Sequence record: LC765218.1
Strand: one strand, 5' to 3'
Length of the DNA stretch: 64,000 nucleotides
A program made the translations under genes and the position numbers. Of this stretch, positions 47,451 through 55,103 are shown one piece after another. Under the pieces are notes generated by a model that was not told the DNA's origin, made no database searches, and saw only the letters and a list, made by a program, of their open reading frames with translations. The first letter of the stretch is position 1. The number at the start of each line of letters is the position of its first letter.

Positions 47451-48961
47451 TTCAGGAGTTTATGTCCTGGTACAAAGAGATCATGTCGATCAATCCGACA
47501 TTCGCATCTTTAGTCGGTGTTGGTTTGGGTGGCTGGGTGCTTATGATGGCGCGAAGTTTACCTAAGAAAATGTTCAACGCAATTCGGAATCAGGTTGTCA
47601 CATCCCTGATAATGAACAATGGTGGACATGGCCCTAATGAAGAACAGTGTATCGCCTTCATGAAGTGGTTCAAACAACAACCTATTGCCAGGTTCAGTCG
47701 GAAGCTATCGTTGAACTCTATGTGGAATGGTAGTCCCTCTCCTAGCACTGATATCGGTGCTGGTTTTGGTACCCATTTCTTCTTCTACAAAGGGCGCTTC
47801 TTCTGGTTCAATCGCTCTAAGCTGGATAGCTCTGGTACTCATATGGAAAAATTCCAGATTGAGATCCACGGCTTGACTAGGAACACTCAACTACTGTTAG
47901 ATCTTGTAGAGGAATTCCGTGTTAAGGGAGATGATAAAGAAGTCTGCGTCATTCCATGGGAAGGCTTGCGTTGGGGTGATTCTATCCCGATTACTAAACG
48001 CGCGCTGAACACAGTTATCATGAACCGCAAACAAAAAGCGGAGATCATTGGTAAGATTGAAGAGTTCTTCTCTGGACGGGAGTGGTATGAGTCCCGTGGC
48101 ATGCCGTACAAAATGTGCGCTATGCTTTCAGGTCCCCCTGGCACTGGTAAGACATCTATCGGTAAGGCAATCGCTTCGGCGTTTAATAAGAATATTTATT
48201 GGTTGTCTTTAGCCAGTATCTCAGATGAACTGCTTCGTAAAGCTGTTACGTCTATGCCTTCTGGTAGTGTTCTGATGATCGAGGACTTCGATACCAATAA
48301 GGCAGTCCAGAATCGTTCGCTTAAGAAACTGACAGCTGGCGAGGAAGATGAGTTGGATAGCCTTATCACTCAGATGGGGTTGACTAACTATCGAGTGATA
48401 GATAATGGCGGCGGACCCATGTGTATATGGGATATACCCGGTGAAGATTTCAGTGTTGGGTATCAGCAACACAACCCAACTGAATCGCGTCAATACCGAG
48501 ATGTCATTGGAAACAGCTTTGATGCACCGGTGCCGGAAGAACCCCTTTCTAAATACATTGCCGATGACCCAATTATGCTTCGCATATGGGAACTTCATAA
48601 CCGTCGTGCGAATGGAGGTGAAGAAGATACTCGCATGGGTGGCCTAACACTCTCTGGCCTGTTGAATGCCCTTGATGGGGTTGTTCCGTTGGATGGATCG
48701 CTGATTCTTCTAACTACCAACCATCCAGAGCACCTTGATCCAGCATTGGTTCGTAAGGGCCGTGTTGATCATCAATGGGAGATCGGTCTGCTGGAGGATG
48801 CAGAAGTTCGTGATTATATCGAGCTGATGTTCCCGTCTACTCAAGTGGATAAAGGCATTGTGTTCCGTTCAATTGCCGGTTGTGATCTGCAAGCTCTGTT
48901 TGCAGAAAACCGCAATGACGTTAAAGCCTTCATCGAGTCTATCCCGAAAGATATCGTTTGA
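47447..48961 (+). CDS. BCS1-like AAA+ ATPase with N-terminal TM
   Basis: Walker A GPPGTGKT, Walker B LMIEDFD, LTLSGLLNALDG, LTTNHPEHLDPALVRKGRVD. Confidence 0.88.
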   Translation: MIQEFMSWYKEIMSINPTFASLVGVGLGGWVLMMARSLPKKMFNAIRNQVVTSLIMNNGGHGPNEEQCIAFMKWFKQQPIARFSRKLSLNSMWNGSPSPSTDIGAGFGTHFFFYKGRFFWFNRSKLDSSGTHMEKFQIEIHGLTRNTQLLLDLVEEFRVKGDDKEVCVIPWEGLRWGDSIPITKRALNTVIMNRKQKAEIIGKIEEFFSGREWYESRGMPYKMCAMLSGPPGTGKTSIGKAIASAFNKNIYWLSLASISDELLRKAVTSMPSGSVLMIEDFDTNKAVQNRSLKKLTAGEEDELDSLITQMGLTNYRVIDNGGGPMCIWDIPGEDFSVGYQQHNPTESRQYRDVIGNSFDAPVPEEPLSKYIADDPIMLRIWELHNRRANGGEEDTRMGGLTLSGLLNALDGVVPLDGSLILLTTNHPEHLDPALVRKGRVDHQWEIGLLEDAEVRDYIELMFPSTQVDKGIVFRSIAGCDLQALFAENRNDVKAFIESIPKDIV

Positions 48962-48970
48962 CGATATATT

Positions 48971-48991
48971 GCGGTGGGGAAAACCCACCGC
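48971..48991 (+). terminator. Stem-loop terminator
   Basis: GCGGTGGG-GAAAA-CCCACCGC-TTTT. Confidence 0.85.
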
Positions 48992-49036
48992 TTTTCTCAA
49001 TTAAATAGAAAATACAAATTCTAAGAGGAGTACCTG

Positions 49037-49726
49037 ATGTACACTAATGATTCCAAGACCGCAGCGTACGAGAATACTCGCCACCTGATCATGAAATACA
49101 TGGCCGACTTCACCAATACCTCAACCCCACCTAAAGTTAAAAAGGGTTGGTATGCTTTGGTCACCCGCGATACTGGGGACGTATGGCTTGCGGAGTCTCC
49201 GTCATTTTCTGCTGTAATGCAACGCTTCCGTTCTGGAAGTATGGCAAACATGCCGGTTGCTATTGATGAAGCAGTAAAGGCTGGTCAAAAACTGGATCTT
49301 TGGTTCTGTACTAAACCGGAGATCAATGTGGAACAACTGCGAGAAGAGTTGGATCAAAGGGATCAACTTCTGCAACGAACTGCGCCACGTAAATCTTCCA
49401 ATGGTAGGGTGTTCGTCATCCGCCATGATAAGTCGGCGGATTATTTCCTGACGAAAACCCGTAATAATAATACCACGGAATATGAAGTACTGACCAAGTT
49501 CATGTACTACATTGGTAAGATCGAACACTCTCACCATTTCCGTTCGAACAAGCTTCTTCAGAGCTTCGTTACTGAACAAGCTGAAGATATCCTGAAATGT
49601 CGGGGTTTCACTATCACCGAGGTAGCTGAGTTCAAGTCGATTGATGAAGCAATCGAGATCATGGAAAACTTCACCATCGATTCCCCTATGGGTCGATGCT
49701 TGAATCAAAGCTTCACTCGTCATTAA
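49037..49726 (+). CDS. Tandem degenerate GIY-YIG-like protein
   Basis: GWYALVTRDTGDVWLAES and GRVFVIRHDKSADYFLTK. Confidence 0.45.
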   Translation: MYTNDSKTAAYENTRHLIMKYMADFTNTSTPPKVKKGWYALVTRDTGDVWLAESPSFSAVMQRFRSGSMANMPVAIDEAVKAGQKLDLWFCTKPEINVEQLREELDQRDQLLQRTAPRKSSNGRVFVIRHDKSADYFLTKTRNNNTTEYEVLTKFMYYIGKIEHSHHFRSNKLLQSFVTEQAEDILKCRGFTITEVAEFKSIDEAIEIMENFTIDSPMGRCLNQSFTRH

Positions 49727-49803
49727 AATGTACTGAGGCTACATAATCTAGTGAGTGCTTATGTAGCCTCTAATCTCTTTTAAGAATTAATAGGAATAGC
49801 TCC

Positions 49804-50505
49804 ATGTCGACAAAGATCATCAATCTTCCCTTCGTACAACTGGTCCTGAAACGCATCAGTGATTATACGTTGAATCATCAGTCTGGTTTGGATGATGTAC
49901 CGCATCTGTGCGTAAAGGTAAAACATAACAACGGTTATGCCTGGTTTGGCGTTAACATTCTCAACCACGAAACTCGGGCATGGTCCAGTTTCGAGGTCGA
50001 TGAAATGAAAGCTCGTTTCCTCGAAGCAATCAACAAACTGTGCGATGTAATCGAGATCGTTACAGATGTATCACGACTGATGGAATCTATCCAAGATGTT
50101 GTAACTGGTCGTAAGCGTCCCACCTTCTTTGGTGGTCATGGAAACGACATGATCCAAATGCACACGATCAATAACGTGCAGTTGGATGTATATCGCGAAG
50201 ACATCAATTCAGACACCATGTCTTACGGAGGCTTTGCAGCTGAAGTTCGAATCAATGGTCAGGACTATCCTCTGTTCCTGTATCATCGTGGCGTTATTCT
50301 CTATCACTACATCAATGAGGTAGATGCCAAACGACTGATCGTAGATTCGTTGACCAACAACTTTGGTGAATTGTTTGAGAATTATGAAGTTGATGAACAA
50401 CATGTAAATGTATTCCGTGTAGTTGAACGCACGCGGAATAAAAATCGTAATGAGGCGGACAGTAGAACCATCCGTTCTCTGACCGATAGCCGACGGAGCG
50501 CATAA
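49804..50505 (+). CDS. Hypothetical protein
   Basis: AGGA RBS. Confidence 0.7.
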   Translation: MSTKIINLPFVQLVLKRISDYTLNHQSGLDDVPHLCVKVKHNNGYAWFGVNILNHETRAWSSFEVDEMKARFLEAINKLCDVIEIVTDVSRLMESIQDVVTGRKRPTFFGGHGNDMIQMHTINNVQLDVYREDINSDTMSYGGFAAEVRINGQDYPLFLYHRGVILYHYINEVDAKRLIVDSLTNNFGELFENYEVDEQHVNVFRVVERTRNKNRNEADSRTIRSLTDSRRSA

Positions 50506-50927
50506 TGGCTTCTCAACTCATTGTTGTCGATCTCACTAAAGGTGGGCAAAAAGTCGACTTCAGTGAGTTGACTAGAGAGCCCACTGATAGTCTAATGTTC
50601 TATGTTGGAGAGGAACATGAGGCGGCCCATCTACATCAATTCTCCTATAACCCAGAATTCAGTAACTGGCAGAAACTAGAGTTCTGTATTTTCTGGGATC
50701 GTCAACATCGTCCTACAGCGGAAGATCCTCGTGTTGAAACTGACACTGAGTTATACATCCGTAAATTATGTAGACAATACGAAGTTGCCATCGATGGGTA
50801 CATGTTAGGTGTTAAGCACTTTGGACAACGTACTATCGTTGAGTTCAAAATGAAGGAAGAGATAGCTACTCCTCTAACTTTAGATTGGACAAAGGTCGAA
50901 CCTCCACCTAGGGAGGTAATCGTTTAG
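50505..50927 (+). CDS. Hypothetical protein
   Basis: TAATG-coupled ORF. Confidence 0.7.
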   Translation: MASQLIVVDLTKGGQKVDFSELTREPTDSLMFYVGEEHEAAHLHQFSYNPEFSNWQKLEFCIFWDRQHRPTAEDPRVETDTELYIRKLCRQYEVAIDGYMLGVKHFGQRTIVEFKMKEEIATPLTLDWTKVEPPPREVIV

Positions 50928-50928
50928 T

Positions 50929-51095
50929 TAAAGGTTACGCACTATCATATGCGTTTCCTGATCCTTTACGATAGCTCTTTTACAATTTGGTTAAGCTGGG
51001 CTGAAATCCAGCGATCGACACGATGGGTTAGAGTCCCATCACCTTTAGGGGTCTTCCATCGGCTGATCCCTGTGACTAGTGTCACAACCAACCTT
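50929..51095 (+). ncRNA. Candidate structured ncRNA-1 (multibranch junction)
   Basis: Intergenic; TTGGTT/AACCAA encloses four hairpins; terminator follows. Confidence 0.55.
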
Positions 51096-51098
51096 GAG

Positions 51099-51124
51099 CT
51101 CCCTCCCCTTGATCGGGGGAGGGG
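51099..51124 (+). terminator. Stem-loop terminator
   Basis: CCCTCCCC-loop-GGGGAGGG then TTTATTTT. Confidence 0.8.
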
Positions 51125-51157
51125 TTTATTTTGTCTCTCGTCAATAGGAACCTTCAA

Positions 51158-51625
51158 ATGGCAGTAACTCTTAAATTCCCTTTTATGCCGTCTCTTGAGC
51201 CAGCTGAGCTTACGGCTGTCATTCGCGATATCTATCTTGATCAATGCGCGGAGAAAGGCACGACTCCTCATCCCGAAGCATTTGAGCATCAGCCGGTTGT
51301 CCATGTAACGAATATGGTACATGGCGAGGGAGAAGATGTTCACTGGGCAGAAGATAGCGATAGTGAGAATCTACATATCTGCTTTACCTGCCCGCTGACT
51401 GGCGCACTTGCTAAGGTCGTCCAGCCTCTCAATTACACTGCCCCTATGAACAAGGTGTGTGTACGTCTCTGGATTGAGCATATGCTGCTCACCATGTTGG
51501 AACTTTTGCTGTTTACTCAAATGCAAGAACAAATTACAATAATGTCCAATGCAGCAAGCGAACGACGTACTATCATAACCAAATCCATCCATGCAAAGAA
51601 GGAGCAACTCGATGCAGCTCAGTGA
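51158..51625 (+). CDS. Hypothetical protein between the two RNA candidates
   Basis: AGGA RBS before ATG 51158. Confidence 0.7.
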   Translation: MAVTLKFPFMPSLEPAELTAVIRDIYLDQCAEKGTTPHPEAFEHQPVVHVTNMVHGEGEDVHWAEDSDSENLHICFTCPLTGALAKVVQPLNYTAPMNKVCVRLWIEHMLLTMLELLLFTQMQEQITIMSNAASERRTIITKSIHAKKEQLDAAQ

Positions 51626-52142
51626 TCTACGTATCCCCACTGAGATCATTCCTATTGGTCTGTGCTGTCTTTGGGCGCGCGAACAATACGTTGATCCAAA
51701 TGGCAATTATCTATTCACTACCAAAGAGGTTATTAGAGGTATCCATCTGGATAAGATGGTGGAAGAGTTTAATAAAGCTATGCGTGAACATTTCTATCAT
51801 AGCAACCACATCGAGATCACTCTCCATGGTATCGAAATCAAAGATAACAAAGTCCATTACTTTCATCAAGAACCTGCTGTTGAGTTCTATGATAAAGTGA
51901 AAGCACAGTATTGCAACGTTGAGCTGGCTCGTTATGATGCTGACGTAATGGACAAAGACCTGTTCTTTGATATGGTGTCGAAAGAAATCGCTGACCTGAG
52001 TAAGATGATCATGCAGCATATCTACTTTAAGTTTGACCGAGTACAAGCGGAGACCTGGTCTCGTTACCTGCTAGCACGTGGATCTAATAAAAGAAACGGG
52101 GCTGGTCTTGAGTCAGTTGACGTAGAAGTTAAACTCTCGTAA
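51612..52142 (+). CDS. Hypothetical protein between the two RNA candidates
   Basis: AGGAG RBS before ATG 51612. Confidence 0.7.
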   Translation: MQLSDLRIPTEIIPIGLCCLWAREQYVDPNGNYLFTTKEVIRGIHLDKMVEEFNKAMREHFYHSNHIEITLHGIEIKDNKVHYFHQEPAVEFYDKVKAQYCNVELARYDADVMDKDLFFDMVSKEIADLSKMIMQHIYFKFDRVQAETWSRYLLARGSNKRNGAGLESVDVEVKLS

Positions 52143-52145
52143 AAG

Positions 52146-52172
52146 AATACTTGAGTTGTAATGATATACGAG
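52146..52172 (+). promoter_or_regulatory. Stable-RNA-type promoter motif
   Basis: AATACTT-N6-TAAT-N2-TATACGAG; 20/27 identical to the motif before tRNA-Thr. Confidence 0.65.
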
Positions 52173-52500
52173 GACTAATGTCCCAACAGAACAGAGGTCA
52201 CCCGGATCATCTCCCCTAAGGCTCCCCGTCGCCATATTAGGGTGCCGCAGTGACCTCACCTTATTCCCACTAGCTTTCGGTGTAAGTGGGCTCTCTCCGC
52301 ATAAGATCGGAGAGACTAACAGCGATCCATGCCAAAGGATCAAGCCGAAGCAGGTATATTGACTTGGCCGTCTTTATATCTGAAGTTACGACGGTTACTA
52401 CCTCCAGTTGAGAGGGGTATCCCCGAGTGGCGTTACCTAACCAGATGGGTGCCGACCCGTAATCGGTGCCTTAGCTGGCCAGCTTTCTGGTAAGGTAATC
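52170..52500 (+). ncRNA. Candidate ~330-nt structured ncRNA-2, unknown class
   Basis: GC-rich intergenic block with at least eight helices, a tRNA-type upstream motif and a terminator. Confidence 0.7.
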
Positions 52501-52509
52501 TAACGAATA

Positions 52510-52532
52510 GCCCGCTCCGTTGAGGAGCGGGT
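52510..52532 (+). terminator. Stem-loop terminator
   Basis: GCCCGCTCC-GTTGA-GGAGCGGGT-TTTATT. Confidence 0.85.
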
Positions 52533-52571
52533 TTTATTCCGTCTCAGCTTGTAAACAGGAGAATATAAAGA

Positions 52572-53249
52572 ATGACTATTGTCATATGGGATGGTAAGGA
52601 TCTTTTGGTTGATCGAGTTACTACGATCACCCAGAGCGATATCACTGGAGAGGATGGTACACCACAACCATACTACGTGGAACTGGACAAGTCCAAGATC
52701 TATCTTGCTTCTGAGAACAAATGGGAAGCTAAAGTCTGGGGTCGAGCTATAAAAGCATTTACAATGGTTGGTGATACGGAACATCGTCATTGCTGGCTGA
52801 ATTTCTTGGAGACAGGAGATGATGTACATAGTCTAGCAGAGACCGCAAAGAATTTCCAACACCTGCTTACGCCTAATGCCGAATACATCCTCATCGATGA
52901 AGATAATGTTCTTCATGTGTTCGAATCAACCCATGACATGTTTAGGAGCAATTATTATTCCACGCCTGCACGTAAACCAATCATCTTTGGATGCGCTGTA
53001 GCAGTTGAACTGCTGAATAATGTATTCACTTCATCTGAGAACAAACTGAGTCCGTTGGAATGTATGGTTCTAGCGCAAGCGCATTATCCCGTTTTGGGTA
53101 GGCGGTTTGACCACTGGAATGCTGAATCTAATATACTCACACGTGACAACGACCTTAGTGATCGTGCACGTCATTGGGTTGCTAGTCGTGCGGTGAAAAA
53201 GATTTCGGTTAACTCTAAACCACGCCCAGTTAATATCGTAAATAGGTAA
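52572..53249 (+). CDS. Ntn-hydrolase (HslV/proteasome-beta-like) fold protein
   Basis: MTIVIWDGKDLLVDR N-terminus with Thr2; later KSKI and IIFGC segments. Confidence 0.5.
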   Translation: MTIVIWDGKDLLVDRVTTITQSDITGEDGTPQPYYVELDKSKIYLASENKWEAKVWGRAIKAFTMVGDTEHRHCWLNFLETGDDVHSLAETAKNFQHLLTPNAEYILIDEDNVLHVFESTHDMFRSNYYSTPARKPIIFGCAVAVELLNNVFTSSENKLSPLECMVLAQAHYPVLGRRFDHWNAESNILTRDNDLSDRARHWVASRAVKKISVNSKPRPVNIVNR

Positions 53250-53254
53250 ATATA

Positions 53255-53383
53255 ATGCGCAACCTCCCTGAAGAACGGCTTAAACGTCGTCAACGTGATA
53301 TGCGTAAAGATAAGCTACAACGTGGATTGATGTGGTCGTTCATCAGTGTCGTTGTCGTTGTATCTATTATCCAACTCTTTTAA
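53255..53383 (+). CDS. 42-aa basic single-TM peptide (not in ORF track)
   Basis: MRNLPEERLKRRQR..LMWSFISVVVVVSIIQLF; AGGT RBS. Confidence 0.5.
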   Translation: MRNLPEERLKRRQRDMRKDKLQRGLMWSFISVVVVVSIIQLF

Positions 53384-53396
53384 AAGGTAATTGAAA

Positions 53397-53930
53397 ATGT
53401 CCCAACATGAAATCGCTATTGCAAAAGAACTCTTCACCTTCAAAACTTTCGTTGAACGTATGGTCCACGCCGCAAAGCTTCTTGGTATGACCTGGCAGGT
53501 TAAAAGACGTAATGCTACCGGTGATATCGTTCACACTGAAGTAACTGGTAACGAAGGTGGTCTTGCTATCGTAGCTGACCATGAAATCGCAATACCGATC
53601 TACGGCGAACAACTCCTTCTAAATGAAGGTGAAACGCCATGGCTGATCGATGAAAAAGATCCTGCATTCATTGAGGTCAATCGCATACTGACTGAATACA
53701 ACCGTGTCATCACTGCGCCGCTGTATAAGTCGATGCGGGATATCCTCCCATTCTCCAAGCTTCTTGTTGATCGTTTTCCAATCTACAATGACCATCCCCA
53801 ATTTGCTACTTACCTGGCGGTAAATCCTCTCAATGAGACCGACGGTTATCGTATCAATAAAGATGGTAAATTCGCTTGGTGGACTGGTAGCGGTAAACAT
53901 CGTATTTACGATGTGATTGAATTCAATTAA
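53397..53930 (+). CDS. Hypothetical protein
   Basis: AAGG RBS. Confidence 0.7.
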   Translation: MSQHEIAIAKELFTFKTFVERMVHAAKLLGMTWQVKRRNATGDIVHTEVTGNEGGLAIVADHEIAIPIYGEQLLLNEGETPWLIDEKDPAFIEVNRILTEYNRVITAPLYKSMRDILPFSKLLVDRFPIYNDHPQFATYLAVNPLNETDGYRINKDGKFAWWTGSGKHRIYDVIEFN

Positions 53931-53939
53931 CAGCATAAT

Positions 53940-53961
53940 GTCCTCTCCTTCGGGAGAGGAC
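53940..53961. terminator. Stem-loop between convergent gene blocks
   Basis: GTCCTCTCC-TTCG-GGAGAGGAC at the strand switch. Confidence 0.8.
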
Positions 53962-53978
53962 TTATGTCTTATTTTTTT

Positions 53979-55103
53979 TTATTCCATCAGCTTCCAGCAG
54001 ATATCGATATTAGATAGTAACCAGTGGTCATACCAAAGAATAGTAGCTCCAGTGGTATTCTGCCTAACGTACTTAGATGCTTTGTTATTAGATAGTGCCA
54101 CAGCTGTATACGCATCTTTCTTATTTATCATGTCGTATTTAACTTGTAAGTTAGATGCCGTACGTAAAAGTTTATTGTTGTTCATAGGTGTAAATAAGTT
54201 ATCAAACATCCATTGATCCATAATGAATGGTCGATAGGTATGCCCTTGATAAACAATATCACGACCTTGTTCAACTAAGCCTTTAAACCTACTATCACTT
54301 TTAATTTGCGGTGTTATATAAGTACCATCGAGCGTACCTGTAACAGCTGAAAAACCTGGATCAAAATCATTATTACCGAGAACGGTTACATACTCTTCAC
54401 TAGATAAGTTATTCTCATCGAGAGCACTTGCAAATAAACGGCGATATAAGTAATTATATTCACTGTCTGTAATTACGCGTACTACATACTCGTAACCATC
54501 TTTTGTTAATCGTGCTTTCCCTTGTGGGTATTCACCTAGATGGCTCGCTGTCTCTGGTGTATTTGTATTAACTAAGTCGTTAGCATACGCAGCACCTGCT
54601 ATGTAGAGATCTCTAAAGGATGCCCGTACAAGAGGTCTAGTTGGAACAAGTAGTACTTTGTTATTGTAGATACATTTCTCTAAGCGACCATTTGTTTTAT
54701 CACTTGGCACTATTCCATTATCCGCTCCACCCATAGCACTGACAATTTCATCAGTCCAGAAAGGTGGTGTATCAAATGTACCGTAGCGTCCTTGTAGAGA
54801 GTCTCCACGAATAACAAAATCAGGGAAACCTGGTTTAATTTCTAGACCAGTATTCCTTCGAGCTGATGTGGGGTATAGGGAACTGTATCTTGTTGTTCCA
54901 CGATACTCTAAACCAACCATGTAATACACTAGTCGATCATCATCTACTGTATCATCTCTGAAAGATAATGTGCCACGAAATACAGTAATCAAAGGTTCAG
55001 GTAAATTGTATTCTGTGAACCTATTATAACTTCGATAAATATTGATCGTATAATTTTCACCCATCGGGAGATTATTATAGTCAGCTAGATTGATAATAAT
55101 CAT
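53979..55103 (-). CDS. Putative virion structural protein (FN3-like N-domain)
   Basis: INIYRS..SFRDDTV..YYMVG then TG..PG..GDS..G.YG; paralogue of next gene; start ATGA-coupled at 55103. Confidence 0.6.
   Translation of the reverse strand: MIIINLADYNNLPMGENYTINIYRSYNRFTEYNLPEPLITVFRGTLSFRDDTVDDDRLVYYMVGLEYRGTTRYSSLYPTSARRNTGLEIKPGFPDFVIRGDSLQGRYGTFDTPPFWTDEIVSAMGGADNGIVPSDKTNGRLEKCIYNNKVLLVPTRPLVRASFRDLYIAGAAYANDLVNTNTPETASHLGEYPQGKARLTKDGYEYVVRVITDSEYNYLYRRLFASALDENNLSSEEYVTVLGNNDFDPGFSAVTGTLDGTYITPQIKSDSRFKGLVEQGRDIVYQGHTYRPFIMDQWMFDNLFTPMNNNKLLRTASNLQVKYDMINKKDAYTAVALSNNKASKYVRQNTTGATILWYDHWLLSNIDICWKLME

Noticed and set aside
50949-52343. ORFs 50949-51167(+), 50966-51343(-), 52113-52343(-)
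   Set aside because: No clear RBS, atypical composition, and overlap with terminators or real genes; the spacers are better explained as structured RNA
52170-52500. ncRNA-2 as tmRNA, RNase P RNA or group I/II intron
   Set aside because: No tRNA-like ends, T-loop or Ala-Ala-ending tag frame; GAGGAC..GTCC and AACAGAA only loosely echo RNase P motifs and are not positioned as expected; no intron core or domain V recognised
50929-52500. RNA candidates as RsmA/CsrA sponges
   Set aside because: GGA triplets are in stems, not repeated in hairpin loops
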